64,000 nt of DNA, taken from assembly GCF_055900595.2 (NCBI RefSeq), contig NZ_CM148325.1. The stretch is one strand, 5' to 3'. Position 1 is the first letter of the stretch; each line of letters begins with the position of its first letter. The notes below the pieces were generated by a model. That model saw only the letters and a program-made list of their open reading frames with translations, did no database searches and was not told the origin of the DNA. The translations under genes and the position numbers were made by a program. This document shows positions 1-12,287 of the stretch, piece by piece.

Positions 1-370
1 GTCCGTCAGCACGATAGATAAAATAAGGCTGTTTTTTGTCGCCTTCTTTTTTCCACTCAAACCAGCCATCGGCAAAACAGATTGCCCGACCATGTTGCCA
101 GAGCGGTTTAAACATACGACTGGTGGCCGCAGTTTCTACGCGGGCGTTAATCAGCGGCGGTTTATCCCACCATCCGGGAGCATATCCCCAGAAAACCGGA
201 TCCAGATGAAGGTGTTCATCACGTTCACTGAGCAGAAGAACTTTGGTTCCCGGCGCGACGTTGTATCTGCCAATGGGTTCGGGATCATAGGGAATATCGC
301 GTTCAATATCTTCCGCGAGAAGCGCAAGGTAATCTTCACGCGTTTGGGATTGGGCAAAGCGTCCACACAT
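1..370 (-). CDS. yedK: Abasic-site processing protein YedK (SRAP family), N-terminal ~123 codons; 3' end lies beyond window start
   Basis: Minus-strand translation from ATG (complement of 368-370) reads MCGRFAQSQTREDYLALLAEDIERD...; frame open to position 1; SRAP proteins begin MCGR; missing from ORF track because truncated. Confidence 0.8.
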   Translation of the reverse strand, partial: MCGRFAQSQTREDYLALLAEDIERDIPYDPEPIGRYNVAPGTKVLLLSERDEHLHLDPVFWGYAPGWWDKPPLINARVETAATSRMFKPLWQHGRAICFADGWFEWKKEGDKKQPYFIYRADG

Positions 371-478
371 AGCAACCTCCTGAGAGCACACTGAAAAGAA
401 TAGGAGAGGGGGCGGGTAAAATCTATGTGGTACAGAGGCAACGATATTCCCGCTGTTGGCCACAGCGGGAATGAGGGA

Positions 479-712
479 TTACTTCTGAATTAAATAACGA
501 ATGGTCGGCCCGTCTTGCTGAATATCCAGCACCGTATAGCCGTGATTACGAGCATCCAGTGGAATATTATTGATCGACTGCGGACAGTCGCTCACCACTT
601 CCAGGATCTCACCTTTTTTTAACTGCGGCATCGCCTCAAGGGTTGCGACTGCCGGATAAGGGCAGGGTTCACCCACCATATCAAGACGGTAATCAGGAAT
701 GATATTTTTCAT
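479..712 (-). CDS. yedF: TusA-like sulfur-carrier family protein YedF
   Basis: Track ORF 77 aa; matches K-12 YedF as recalled; CP-x-P motif (EPCPYP). Confidence 0.9.
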   Translation of the reverse strand: MKNIIPDYRLDMVGEPCPYPAVATLEAMPQLKKGEILEVVSDCPQSINNIPLDARNHGYTVLDIQQDGPTIRYLIQK

Positions 713-1914
713 GCGATCTCCTTAGCAGTCTGCGGTGCCGCACGGCGGAAGAAGCGTTTTTCCCAGCCGATAATCAACATCAGCGCAGTAAACAACAGCA
801 AATATGTCACCAGCAGGCCACCCATCGGGCCAAAGGTTTTCAGCAGGTTGATTTTGTCCCAGTCGGTGGCCAGCGCCGGAGCGAAATCATCCCAGTAATA
901 CGCCAGAATGGTTGAGCCGATCACATTGCCCAGACCGACCCACCAGTAGTGCACCTGACCTTCTACCGCGCGGTACATCCAACCGGTTTCGCAGCCGCCT
1001 GCCAGCACGATGCCAAAACCAAACAGTAAACCACCAATTACCGCGTTTGGTCCCGCCCACATGATTTTGGGTTCAACGCCTAACTGTACGTAACTGAAGA
1101 TCCCGATGGCACTCACCGCCATACCGATAATGATTGCTTTCGCCATATGGGTACGTCCGGTGATCCACATATCGCGGAACGCCGAAGTAAAGCAGATTTG
1201 CGCACGTTCAATCAGTAAACCAAAGCCGACGCCAAACAGCATTGCCAGCCCCAGTTTTGGTTGGTTCATCGCCGTGAGCAGCGCCCAGCCCAGCATACCG
1301 AAAAAGACCAGCATCCCGAGACGAAAACGACGCCGCGCCTGATCCGGTTTTTGCGTCAGCGGTGAGGCGGCAGAAACTTTCTGCATTTTCACGGGAATAC
1401 GGAAGATGGGCAGCAGGGTAAAGCGTGCGCCAAACCATGAACCAATGGCAGTGGCGATGGCAAAGAACCAGGCATGCAGCGAGAACTGAGGAATACCGGT
1501 AAAGAACGCCGCCAGGTTACAGCCCATTGCCAGACGCGCGCCAAAACCAGCGATAATACCGCCAATAATGGCCTGCATAATGCGGATACGGCTGCGTGGC
1601 ATGCGCAGTTTGACATTGTTGGCCCACAGCGCTGCGGCAAAGCAGCCGCCAAACATGCCGAGGATCATCATCCCGTCGATGCGGGTTAATGGCGATCCTT
1701 CCAGATGGATAATTTTAAAATAACCCCACTCTTCAGCATGGACGCCAAACAGCTGCAGGAGCTGGCCGCCCCAACGGGTAAATTCACCCGTGACAGCCCA
1801 AAAGGTGCCAGTAATGCCAAAATAGTAAGTGGAGAGAATACCCGCCGCGATGACCGCAGGGATGGGTGCCCAGAATTTAATCAACCAGGCGTGTTTGAAT
1901 TGCTGCCATGACAT
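709..1914 (-). CDS. yedE: YeeE/YedE family inner-membrane transporter (putative selenium/thiosulfate uptake)
   Basis: Track ORF 401 aa, highly hydrophobic; matches K-12 YedE length; 4-nt overlap with yedF. Confidence 0.88.
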   Translation of the reverse strand: MSWQQFKHAWLIKFWAPIPAVIAAGILSTYYFGITGTFWAVTGEFTRWGGQLLQLFGVHAEEWGYFKIIHLEGSPLTRIDGMMILGMFGGCFAAALWANNVKLRMPRSRIRIMQAIIGGIIAGFGARLAMGCNLAAFFTGIPQFSLHAWFFAIATAIGSWFGARFTLLPIFRIPVKMQKVSAASPLTQKPDQARRRFRLGMLVFFGMLGWALLTAMNQPKLGLAMLFGVGFGLLIERAQICFTSAFRDMWITGRTHMAKAIIIGMAVSAIGIFSYVQLGVEPKIMWAGPNAVIGGLLFGFGIVLAGGCETGWMYRAVEGQVHYWWVGLGNVIGSTILAYYWDDFAPALATDWDKINLLKTFGPMGGLLVTYLLLFTALMLIIGWEKRFFRRAAPQTAKEIA

Positions 1915-2100
1915 GAATGTAGCCTCTGAACTCAGAAGGTTTGAAACAAGAGTCGCGAATCATACATCATGCAAATTTATTTTCGGGGTAATAATTCACA
2001 AAAATAATAGTTAGATCAAATTTCTCTCTGAACCTGGAAAGGCTGGCGACATCAGGGCTTTAATGCCACAATCCTCTTTTCTTCTCATGCAGGACGAATG

Positions 2101-2514
2101 ATGAAAAAACTCGCAATTGCAGGCGCGCTCATGTTGCTGGCGGGCTGTGCCGAAGTCGAAAACTATAACAATGTCGTGAAAACCCCCGCGCCGGACTGGC
2201 TGGCGGGCTACTGGCAGACCAAAGGGCCGCAACGTGCGCTGGTCAGTCCGGAAGCGATAGGCAGCCTGATTGTCACTAAAGAGGGCGATACCCTGGATTG
2301 CCGTCAGTGGCAGCGGGTGATTGCCGTGCCGGGCAAGTTGACATTGATGTCAGATGATCTCACTAACGTTACCGTAAAACGTGAGCTGTACGAGGTTGAG
2401 CGTGACGGTAACACCATTGAGTACGATGGTATGACGATGGAGCGTGTGGATCGCCCGACGGCAGAGTGTGCCGCCGCGCTGGATAAAGCGCCGTTACCGA
2501 CGCCACTGCCGTAA
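2101..2514 (+). CDS. yedD: Lipoprotein YedD
   Basis: Track ORF 2098..2514; lipobox LLAGC after N-terminal signal; start moved to second ATG (2101) for better SD spacing. Confidence 0.85.
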   Translation: MKKLAIAGALMLLAGCAEVENYNNVVKTPAPDWLAGYWQTKGPQRALVSPEAIGSLIVTKEGDTLDCRQWQRVIAVPGKLTLMSDDLTNVTVKRELYEVERDGNTIEYDGMTMERVDRPTAECAAALDKAPLPTPLP

Positions 2515-2522
2515 TGAAATCT

Positions 2523-2541
2523 CCCCGGCTTGCCGCCGGGG
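2523..2541. terminator. Hairpin between convergent yedD and amyA
   Basis: 7-bp GC stem CCCCGGC/GCCGGGG with 5-nt loop; no strong U-tract. Confidence 0.4.
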
Positions 2542-2547
2542 ATGAAT

Positions 2548-4035
2548 TTAAATCACCTCTTCGATAACCCACACGCTGACGCTGCCGCCGTTGCAAAAGA
2601 AGGTCGCTTCGCCGTTTTCGTCGGTTACTACGCTCTCTTGCCGGTTCCCCAGAAAATCACGCCAGGTTTTATTGCCGTAATTCTCTCCCAGATGAATGGT
2701 TTTTTCGCCATCATCCCCGTTCGACATGACCACCACGCAGCCGGGATATTCGTCGGTGCCACTGCGGCTAAAGGCAATGCAGTTCGGATGGTCGAAAAAT
2801 AACGTCTGTACACCGTGGGCGAAACGCTGACGGGCGAGAATTAACTCATCAAGCTGTTCGATTATTGGCATATCTATTGGATAGGTTTGCCCGTCACCAC
2901 CGACATCTTCGTAATGCGCACCGTAGAGGTCCGGATAGAACACCGAAGGAACGCCATTTTCCCGCAACAAAATTAGAGCATACGCCAGCGGTTTAAACCA
3001 CGGTTCGACCGGCGCTTCGAGGGCTTGCAACGGTTGGGTGTCGTGATTGGCAACGAGCGTCACGGCGTGGAAAGGATCGGCTTCCACTAATGTACCCGTG
3101 AAAATCTGCGTCATGTCGTAGTCGCGCCCCATGCGCGATGCTTCATGGAATTTCATCTGCAGCGGCGCATCAAACAGCATGGTTTTGCCTTCCACCTGAT
3201 CAATATACGTTTGCAGCTTATCAACTTCATGCGACCAGTATTCCGCCACAATAAACAGCGGCTTTGGCGCAACTTCTTGTACGTGTTCGATCCACTCTTT
3301 ATAAAACCATGCCGGTATATGTTTGACCGCATCAAGACGAAAACCGTCGCATTGCGTTTGTTCCATCACCCAGCGCGCCCAGTATTTAATCTCTTCCGTC
3401 ACGGCATGATTGCGGAAATCGATATTCTCGCCCATCAGATAATCGAAATTACCTAATTCATCATCAACCTGATCGTTCCAGCCTTCGCCGGTGTAGTCGT
3501 TAACAATTTTAAATATGCCATCTTCATCAGGGTTTTCGATATGGTCGATACCGCTAAAACATTTGAAATCCCAGATAAACTGCGAGTATTGCCCGGCACG
3601 AGCGGGGAAGGTGTAACGCGTCCAGCCTTCACACTCAATGATTTCTTCGTCAATTTGCGTACGGTCATCAGCATTTACACGCTGCACGCGAATAGCTTCT
3701 TTTTCATCCGCGCCCATTTTGTGGTTGACTACCACGTCCAACAGCACCGCAATGTCATTACGTTTCAGGGCGTCAATGGCGGCCAGCAGTTGTGCTTTAT
3801 CGCCATATTTAGTAGGGATGCTGCCTTTCTGATCAAACTCACCTAAATCAAATAAATCATAGGAGTCGTAGCCGACCGAATACCCGCCCGATGCGCCTTT
3901 ATAGGCGGGCGGCAACCAGACCATATTGATACCAATATCATTAAAACCGTCGGCGCGCTCGGCCAGTTCAGGCCAGAGCTTACCGCCTTCCGGGTAATAC
4001 CAGTGAAAACATTGTAACAGCGTGGGATTACGCAT
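2548..4035 (-). CDS. amyA: Cytoplasmic alpha-amylase AmyA
   Basis: Track ORF 495 aa; matches K-12 AmyA length and sequence as recalled. Confidence 0.95.
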   Translation of the reverse strand: MRNPTLLQCFHWYYPEGGKLWPELAERADGFNDIGINMVWLPPAYKGASGGYSVGYDSYDLFDLGEFDQKGSIPTKYGDKAQLLAAIDALKRNDIAVLLDVVVNHKMGADEKEAIRVQRVNADDRTQIDEEIIECEGWTRYTFPARAGQYSQFIWDFKCFSGIDHIENPDEDGIFKIVNDYTGEGWNDQVDDELGNFDYLMGENIDFRNHAVTEEIKYWARWVMEQTQCDGFRLDAVKHIPAWFYKEWIEHVQEVAPKPLFIVAEYWSHEVDKLQTYIDQVEGKTMLFDAPLQMKFHEASRMGRDYDMTQIFTGTLVEADPFHAVTLVANHDTQPLQALEAPVEPWFKPLAYALILLRENGVPSVFYPDLYGAHYEDVGGDGQTYPIDMPIIEQLDELILARQRFAHGVQTLFFDHPNCIAFSRSGTDEYPGCVVVMSNGDDGEKTIHLGENYGNKTWRDFLGNRQESVVTDENGEATFFCNGGSVSVWVIEEVI

Positions 4036-4112
4036 TCTTCGACTCCATTCAAGGGGAACATTAGAAGCGTAGCCGTAATCGGATTATTCGCGAGCCATCG
4101 ACTCATTCAGAT

Positions 4113-4478
4113 TCAAAAGAGGTTATCCTGCGGAGCCAGCACAAAGCCGCCCTGATCGCCATAGGCACTTAACACCGATTTTTGCACCGATGACTGACCG
4201 ACCAGTTTCGCCAGTTCATCCATCCGAATCTGTAATAACTGCTTTACCTTGCTTTCGTTGTCGAGAATCAGGCGCAGCATCGGGCGGAGCTGCTCCTGCA
4301 TCGTGGTGGACGGGTCAATCTCTTCAGTCAAATGTGCAATCTCCTGCACCGCATTAACATACGCCATTTCGCTGGCGATGAGTTCGTCCCATTGTTCTTC
4401 CGTTGCCAGGCGTAACATGAGCTGGCTTTTTTCGACGAGTTGTTGCCAGGCGAAATACAAATGCGGTGCGTGGTTCAT
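4113..4478 (-). CDS. fliT: Flagellar export chaperone / anti-FlhDC factor FliT
   Basis: Track ORF 121 aa; matches K-12 FliT; position downstream of fliS. Confidence 0.93.
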   Translation of the reverse strand: MNHAPHLYFAWQQLVEKSQLMLRLATEEQWDELIASEMAYVNAVQEIAHLTEEIDPSTTMQEQLRPMLRLILDNESKVKQLLQIRMDELAKLVGQSSVQKSVLSAYGDQGGFVLAPQDNLF

Positions 4479-4888
4479 CAGACTGGGTCCTGAATCAAAG
4501 AAGGGGAGAGTAACGACTCTTTCCAGGCATCGGCAATATTGCGCATTAATGCTTCCACTTCTTCGACTGCGGAGACATCGTTGCGTAAATTGGCTTGCAG
4601 CAAGCGCCTGACCATATAGCTATAAAGAGCAATCAAGTTTTGGGTTAATTCGTCTTTGCTCTCTTCATCAAGACTCACCCGCAGTCCGTTCTCAATGATG
4701 TTGATCGCTTTTGACAAAGAGACGCCTTTGCCTTGCTGATTGTTGTCCTGCATAAACAGGCGCGCTCTAACCAGTGCGCTCAGCACTCCATCAAATAGCA
4801 TGGTGACCAGCTGCTGCTGGCTGGCGCTCATTACGGCGCTTTCGACGCCAATTTGTGCATAGGCTTTTGAGCCGCTCGCGGTATACAT
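4478..4888 (-). CDS. fliS: Flagellin-specific chaperone FliS
   Basis: Track ORF 136 aa; matches K-12 FliS; stop overlaps fliT start by 1 nt. Confidence 0.95.
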   Translation of the reverse strand: MYTASGSKAYAQIGVESAVMSASQQQLVTMLFDGVLSALVRARLFMQDNNQQGKGVSLSKAINIIENGLRVSLDEESKDELTQNLIALYSYMVRRLLQANLRNDVSAVEEVEALMRNIADAWKESLLSPSLIQDPV

Positions 4889-4902
4889 GCTGACCTCCGT
4901 GA

Positions 4903-6315
4903 TCAGGAATTACTCATTGCAGTAAATTGTTGGCTGAGATAGGTACTGGTGTTATTCAGTTTGCTCATCATGGTATCTAATTGCGTAAACTGTGCAGTGT
5001 AACGCGCCACGGTGTCATCAATGCTGGCACTGACGGATAGATACTGTTTGGTCAGTTTTTTCAGTGTGGCGTTAATACTGTCCTGTGCGCTATCAATAAT
5101 GCCATCATCGGCAAGGTAACCTTTTACCTCGGTGGCAATTTTGGTGGTAATTCCTGTTTCTTTACCATCGCCTACCAGCAATTCACGTACGGATGCTGTA
5201 TTTTCATTCAGGACTTTTTTGAGTTTATCATCATCAATTTTCAGCTTACCCGTCGTGCCGTCCTGCTTAATCCCGATCTCGTTTAATGTTTTGAAGGCAC
5301 CGTCGCTGGCACCGTTTGCAAATTGTGCGCGGATGCCGCTTTGAATTGTACGTACAACGCTGTCTCCGAGAAGTGCACCATTATTTTTATCTTGTGCTTC
5401 AGCACCTGGGTCTACTTCTTTATATTTTGTCAGGGTGTTAAAGGTGTCAATGAGGGAGTTATATGAATCCACCCAGCCTTTAATTGCTTCGGTTGCTTTA
5501 TCGTTGCTTTTTGTCACCGTGACCCGGACGTCAGTGACTTTTTTGGTCAAATCGAGAGTCACTCCCTGAGGAGCATCGGTAATTTTGTTACTTGAACGTT
5601 CAATATCGATACCGTTAACGTTTAGCTGTGCATTTTGCGCGTTAACCAGTTCCTTCATATTCCCGGTGTTGGTCTTGCTGTCATAAGCCAGCAGATCATT
5701 TAATTTACTGTCACCCTCAACAGATATGGTCATTTTATTGGCCAGACCTTCACTGGCGGTCAATACCAATTGATAGTTACCATCTTTGACTTTAACGATA
5801 CTAGCGGAAATTCCACTATCGGCATCGTTAATGGCTTTGCTGATCTCATCCAATGACGTCTGATCTTTATTGAGCTTGATTTCCAGCGGCTCTTTACGAC
5901 CGTCTTGGGTAATTTTTATTGTGCGTGTATCTGATGACTCATCACCCAGTGCATCTTTTGTTGATGCAATGATTGTCGGGGAATCAGTTCGTAAAGATTG
6001 CGCCTGCGCCAGTTGGGTTACGCTGATGGTATAGATACCGGGAGCAGCACCTGCTTCGGTGGAAACTTTAAGGTCTTCATTGCTACTGGTAACGGTAGTG
6101 CTTTTGAACAGATCGGCTTTATTTAACGCAGTATTTGCAGTCTGGAATTTTTCTAATGCACTTTTTAATGTGCCATAGGCTGTCAGACGTGCGGTATTGT
6201 CACTCTGTTGCTGAGTAATTGGGTTTAAGCGTTTTTTTTCAGCGATGGTCAGGTTGTTTAGCAATGTATCCAGCGGCAGATTCGAACCAACGCCAAGAGA
6301 TGTAAATGAAGCCAT
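4903..6315 (-). CDS. fliD: Flagellar filament cap protein FliD (non-K-12 allele, 470 aa)
   Basis: Track ORF 4903..6393 (496 aa) trimmed to internal ATG at 6315 (MASFTSLGVGS...) with AGGA SD; the longer start would place the sigma28 promoter inside the CDS; conserved FliD termini with divergent centre. Confidence 0.9.
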   Translation of the reverse strand: MASFTSLGVGSNLPLDTLLNNLTIAEKKRLNPITQQQSDNTARLTAYGTLKSALEKFQTANTALNKADLFKSTTVTSSNEDLKVSTEAGAAPGIYTISVTQLAQAQSLRTDSPTIIASTKDALGDESSDTRTIKITQDGRKEPLEIKLNKDQTSLDEISKAINDADSGISASIVKVKDGNYQLVLTASEGLANKMTISVEGDSKLNDLLAYDSKTNTGNMKELVNAQNAQLNVNGIDIERSSNKITDAPQGVTLDLTKKVTDVRVTVTKSNDKATEAIKGWVDSYNSLIDTFNTLTKYKEVDPGAEAQDKNNGALLGDSVVRTIQSGIRAQFANGASDGAFKTLNEIGIKQDGTTGKLKIDDDKLKKVLNENTASVRELLVGDGKETGITTKIATEVKGYLADDGIIDSAQDSINATLKKLTKQYLSVSASIDDTVARYTAQFTQLDTMMSKLNNTSTYLSQQFTAMSNS

Positions 6316-6353
6316 ACCTAATTCCTTTTGATTGCAAACAGTAGATAAGCGGG

Positions 6354-6380
6354 TTATCGGCAATTTGTGCGCAAAGTTTA
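6354..6380 (-). promoter_or_regulatory. sigma28 (FliA) class-3 promoter of fliDST
   Basis: Minus strand reads TAAACTTT-N11-GCCGATAA (consensus TAAAGTTT-N11-GCCGATAA), about 40 nt upstream of the fliD ATG. Confidence 0.8.
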
Positions 6381-6473
6381 ATAGTTGATTCACGAAGATG
6401 ATGCGCAGAGTAGAGTTGTATATTACGGATATTTCAGCCGTTAAGAAAAAACAGGAGAGAAACTAAAATTTTC

Positions 6474-6500
6474 TAAAGTTCGAAATTCAGGTGCCGATAC
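6474..6500 (+). promoter_or_regulatory. sigma28 (FliA) class-3 promoter of fliC
   Basis: TAAAGTTC-N11-GCCGATAC, about 70 nt upstream of the fliC ATG. Confidence 0.8.
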
Positions 6501-6569
6501 AAGGGGTACGGTGAGAAACCGTGGGCAACAGCCCAATAACATCAAGTTGTAATTGATAAGGAAAAGATC

Positions 6570-8144
6570 ATGGCACAAGTCATTAATACAAACAGCCTGT
6601 CGCTGTTGACCCAGAATAACCTGAACAAATCTCAGTCTTCTCTGAGCTCCGCCATTGAACGTCTCTCTTCTGGCCTGCGTATTAACAGTGCTAAAGATGA
6701 CGCAGCAGGTCAGGCGATTGCTAACCGTTTTACAGCAAATATTAAAGGTCTGACTCAGGCTTCCCGTAACGCGAATGATGGTATTTCTGTTGCGCAGACC
6801 ACTGAAGGTGCGCTTTCTGAAATCAACAATAACTTACAGCGTATTCGTGAATTGTCAGTACAGGCCACTAATGGTACAAACTCTGACTCCGACCTGAATT
6901 CAATTCAGGATGAAATTACACAACGCCTTAGTGAAATTGATCGTGTTTCTAACCAGACACAATTTAATGGTGTAAAAGTTCTGGCTTCTGATCAGACTAT
7001 GAAAATTCAAGTAGGTGCGAACGATGGTGAAACCATTGAGATTGCCCTTGATAAAATTGATGCTAAAACCTTGGGGCTTGATAACTTTAGCGTAGCACCA
7101 GGAAAAGTTCCAATGTCCTCTGCGGTTGCACTTAAGAGCGAAGCCGCTCCTGACTTAACTAAGGTAAATGCAACTGATGGTAGTGTGGGAGGTGCTAAAG
7201 CATTCGGTAGCAATTATAAAAATGCTGATGTTGAAACTTATTTTGGTACCGGTAATGTACAAGATACAAAGGATACAACTGATGCGACCGGTACTGCAGG
7301 AACAAAAGTTTATCAAGTACAGGTGGAAGGGCAGACTTATTTTGTTGGTCAAGATAATAATACCAACACGAACGGTTTTACATTATTGAAACAAAACTCT
7401 ACAGGTTATGAAAAAGTTCAGGTGGGTGGTAAGGATGTTCAGTTAGCAAACTTTGGTGGTCGTATAACTGCATTTGTTGAAGATAATGGTTCTGCCACAT
7501 CAGTTGATTTAGCTGCGGGTAAAATGGGTAAAGCATTAGCTTATAATGATGCACCAATGTCTGTTTATTTTGGGGGAAAAAACCTAGATGTCCACCAAGT
7601 ACAAGATACCCAAGGGAATCCTGTACCTAATTCATTTGCTGCTAAAACATCAGACGGCACCTACATTGCAGTAAATGTAGATGCCGCTACAGGTAACACG
7701 TCTGTTATTACTGATCCTAATGGTAAGGCAGTTGAATGGGCAGTAAAAAATGATGGTTCTGCACAGGCAATTATGCGTGAAGATGATAAGGTTTATACAG
7801 CCAATATCACGAATAAGACGGCAACCAAAGGTGCTGAACTCAGTGCCTCAGATTTGAAAGCCTTAGCAACCACAAATCCATTATCCAAATTAGACGAAGC
7901 TTTGGCAAAAGTTGATAAGTTGCGCAGTTCTTTGGGTGCAGTACAAAACCGTTTCGACTCTGCCATCACCAACCTTGGCAACACCGTAAACAACCTGTCT
8001 TCTGCCCGTAGCCGTATAGAAGATGCTGACTACGCAACCGAAGTGTCTAACATGTCTCGTGCGCAGATCCTGCAACAAGCGGGTACCTCTGTTCTGGCAC
8101 AGGCTAACCAGACCACGCAGAACGTACTGTCTCTGCTGCGTTAA
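6570..8144 (+). CDS. fliC: Flagellin FliC (H-antigen; 524 aa, not the K-12 H48 allele)
   Basis: Track ORF; conserved N-terminus [12 protein letters not shown]... and C-terminus ...QNVLSLLR; AT-rich hypervariable centre. Confidence 0.95.
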   Translation: MAQVINTNSLSLLTQNNLNKSQSSLSSAIERLSSGLRINSAKDDAAGQAIANRFTANIKGLTQASRNANDGISVAQTTEGALSEINNNLQRIRELSVQATNGTNSDSDLNSIQDEITQRLSEIDRVSNQTQFNGVKVLASDQTMKIQVGANDGETIEIALDKIDAKTLGLDNFSVAPGKVPMSSAVALKSEAAPDLTKVNATDGSVGGAKAFGSNYKNADVETYFGTGNVQDTKDTTDATGTAGTKVYQVQVEGQTYFVGQDNNTNTNGFTLLKQNSTGYEKVQVGGKDVQLANFGGRITAFVEDNGSATSVDLAAGKMGKALAYNDAPMSVYFGGKNLDVHQVQDTQGNPVPNSFAAKTSDGTYIAVNVDAATGNTSVITDPNGKAVEWAVKNDGSAQAIMREDDKVYTANITNKTATKGAELSASDLKALATTNPLSKLDEALAKVDKLRSSLGAVQNRFDSAITNLGNTVNNLSSARSRIEDADYATEVSNMSRAQILQQAGTSVLAQANQTTQNVLSLLR

Positions 8145-8163
8145 TTTACACTTATCGCTCAAA

Positions 8164-8186
8164 CCCCGCCACCGGCGGGGTTTTTT
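8164..8186 (+). terminator. Rho-independent terminator of fliC
   Basis: CCCCGCC-ACC-GGCGGGG hairpin followed by TTTTTT. Confidence 0.85.
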
Positions 8187-8275
8187 CTGCATGGAATTTA
8201 CCGGTAACCCCCAAATAACCCCTCATTTCACCCACTAATCGTCCGATTAAAAACCCTGCAGAAACGGATAATCAT

Positions 8276-8283
8276 GCCGATAA
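8276..8283 (+). promoter_or_regulatory. sigma28 -10 element (GCCGATAA) of the autoregulated fliA promoter
   Basis: Perfect -10 GCCGATAA 26 nt upstream of the fliA GTG; -35 at correct spacing is a poor match (TGCAGAAA), so only the -10 is called. Confidence 0.55.
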
Positions 8284-8308
8284 CTCATATAACGCAGGGC
8301 TGTTTATC

Positions 8309-9028
8309 GTGAATTCACTCTATACCGCTGAAGGTGTAATGGATAAACACTCGCTGTGGCAGCGTTATGTCCCGCTGGTGCGTCACGAAGCATTGCGCCT
8401 GCAGGTTCGACTGCCCGCGAGCGTGGAACTTGACGATCTGCTACAGGCGGGCGGCATTGGGTTACTTAATGCCGTCGAACGCTATGACGCCCTACAAGGA
8501 ACGGCATTTACAACTTACGCAGTGCAGCGTATCCGTGGCGCTATGCTGGATGAACTTCGCAGCCGTGACTGGGTGCCGCGCAGCGTGCGACGCAACGCGC
8601 GTGAAGTGGCACAGGCAATAGGGCAACTGGAGCAGGAACTTGGCCGCAACGCCACGGAAACTGAGGTAGCGGAACGTTTAGGGATCGATATTGCCGATTA
8701 TCGCCAAATGTTGCTCGACACCAATAACAGCCAGCTCTTCTCCTACGATGAGTGGCGCGAAGAGCACGGCGATAGCATCGAACTGGTTACTGATGATCAT
8801 CAGCGAGAAAACCCGCTACAACAACTGCTGGACAGTAATCTGCGCCAGCGAGTGATGGAAGCTATCGAAACGTTGCCGGAGCGCGAAAAACTGGTATTAA
8901 CCCTCTATTACCAGGAAGAGCTGAATCTCAAAGAGATTGGCGCGGTGCTGGAGGTCGGGGAATCGCGGGTCAGTCAGTTACACAGCCAGGCCATTAAACG
9001 GTTACGCACTAAACTGGGTAAGTTATAA
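8309..9028 (+). CDS. fliA: Flagellar sigma factor sigma28 (FliA/RpoF)
   Basis: Track ORF 239 aa, GTG start; full-length match to K-12 FliA as recalled. Confidence 0.95.
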   Translation: MNSLYTAEGVMDKHSLWQRYVPLVRHEALRLQVRLPASVELDDLLQAGGIGLLNAVERYDALQGTAFTTYAVQRIRGAMLDELRSRDWVPRSVRRNAREVAQAIGQLEQELGRNATETEVAERLGIDIADYRQMLLDTNNSQLFSYDEWREEHGDSIELVTDDHQRENPLQQLLDSNLRQRVMEAIETLPEREKLVLTLYYQEELNLKEIGAVLEVGESRVSQLHSQAIKRLRTKLGKL

Positions 9029-9073
9029 CGTCAGTAAATGCCGCACTTTAATTTTGACTACCAGGAGTTCTTA

Positions 9074-9625
9074 ATGATGGTGCAGCACCTGAAAAGACGG
9101 CCATTAAGCCGCTATCTTAAAGACTTTAAACACAGCCAGACCCATTGCGCGCATTGCCGTAAATTACTCGATCGCATTACCTTAGTTCGCGACGGCAAAA
9201 TAGTGAATAAAATCGAGATTTCCCGCCTGGACACGCTGCTTGATGAAAATGGCTGGCAAGTGGAACAACAATCATGGGCGGCATTGTGCCGATTTTGCGG
9301 TGATTTACATTGCAAAACGCAGAGTGATTTTTTCGATATTATCGGCTTTAAGCAATTTCTTTTTGAGCAAACTGAAATGAGCCCAGGTACGGTGCGTGAA
9401 TATGTCGTTCGTCTGCGCCGTTTGGGGAATCATCTACACGAGCAAAATATTTCCCTCGATCAGCTGCAGGACGGTTTCCTTGATGAAATCCTCGCCCCGT
9501 GGCTGCCCACCACCAGCACCAACAATTACCGCATCGCATTACGGAAGTATCAACACTATCAGCGTCAAACGTGTACCGGACTTGTGCAGAAATCCTCCAG
9601 CCTGCCTGCTTCTGATATATATTAA
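9074..9625 (+). CDS. fliZ: Regulator FliZ
   Basis: Track ORF 9038..9625 trimmed to ATG at 9074 (MMVQHLKRRP...) preceded by CAGGAG SD; matches K-12 FliZ. Confidence 0.9.
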   Translation: MMVQHLKRRPLSRYLKDFKHSQTHCAHCRKLLDRITLVRDGKIVNKIEISRLDTLLDENGWQVEQQSWAALCRFCGDLHCKTQSDFFDIIGFKQFLFEQTEMSPGTVREYVVRLRRLGNHLHEQNISLDQLQDGFLDEILAPWLPTTSTNNYRIALRKYQHYQRQTCTGLVQKSSSLPASDIY

Positions 9626-9712
9626 ATAAGAATAAGATGTAGCGGAGTTGTTTTTGTGTTTACAAACAATGGCTCTACACTGCAAACAGACATAACAACA
9701 TTCGGGGTGAAT

Positions 9713-11604
<1,892 letters not shown>

Positions 11605-11618
11605 CTCCGGAAACGCTC

Positions 11619-12287
11619 ATGCAAGAAAGTATACAACTGGTTATTGATTCCTTGCCGTTCCTGCTGAAAGGGGCTGGGTATACCCTGCAACTCAGTATCG
11701 GCGGCATGTTTTTTGGCTTACTACTCGGGTTTATTCTCGCGCTGATGCGCCTGTCGCCAATCTGGCCCGTGCGCTGGCTGGCGCGTTTTTATATCTCTAT
11801 TTTTCGTGGTACGCCGCTCATCGCACAACTGTTTATGATCTATTACGGCCTGCCGCAGTTTGGTATCGAATTAGATCCCATTCCGTCAGCAATGATTGGT
11901 CTGTCGCTGAACACTGCCGCCTATGCCGCCGAAACGCTGCGCGCCGCCATTTCTTCTATTGATAAAGGTCAGTGGGAAGCCGCTGCCAGTATTGGTATGA
12001 CGCCGTGGCAGACCATGCGTCGCGCGATTTTGCCACAGGCGGCGCGGGTGGCGTTGCCGCCGCTGTCGAACAGCTTTATCAGTCTGGTAAAAGATACGTC
12101 GCTGGCCGCGACAATCCAGGTGCCGGAGCTGTTCCGTCAGGCGCAGTTGATTACCTCGCGCACGCTGGAGGTGTTCACCATGTACCTGGCGGCTTCGCTC
12201 ATCTACTGGATCATGGCGACAGTGTTATCGACGTTGCAGAACCATTTTGAGAATCAACTTAATCGCCAGGAGAGAGAACCAAAATGA
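11619..12287 (+). CDS. tcyL: Cystine ABC transporter permease TcyL (YecS)
   Basis: Track ORF 222 aa; hydrophobic; matches K-12 TcyL. Confidence 0.93.
   Translation: MQESIQLVIDSLPFLLKGAGYTLQLSIGGMFFGLLLGFILALMRLSPIWPVRWLARFYISIFRGTPLIAQLFMIYYGLPQFGIELDPIPSAMIGLSLNTAAYAAETLRAAISSIDKGQWEAAASIGMTPWQTMRRAILPQAARVALPPLSNSFISLVKDTSLAATIQVPELFRQAQLITSRTLEVFTMYLAASLIYWIMATVLSTLQNHFENQLNRQEREPK

Noticed and set aside
92-441. Track ORFs 92..394 (+) and 151..441 (-)
   Set aside because: Both overlap the yedK coding region (1..370, minus strand, a third frame) and have no recognisable homology.
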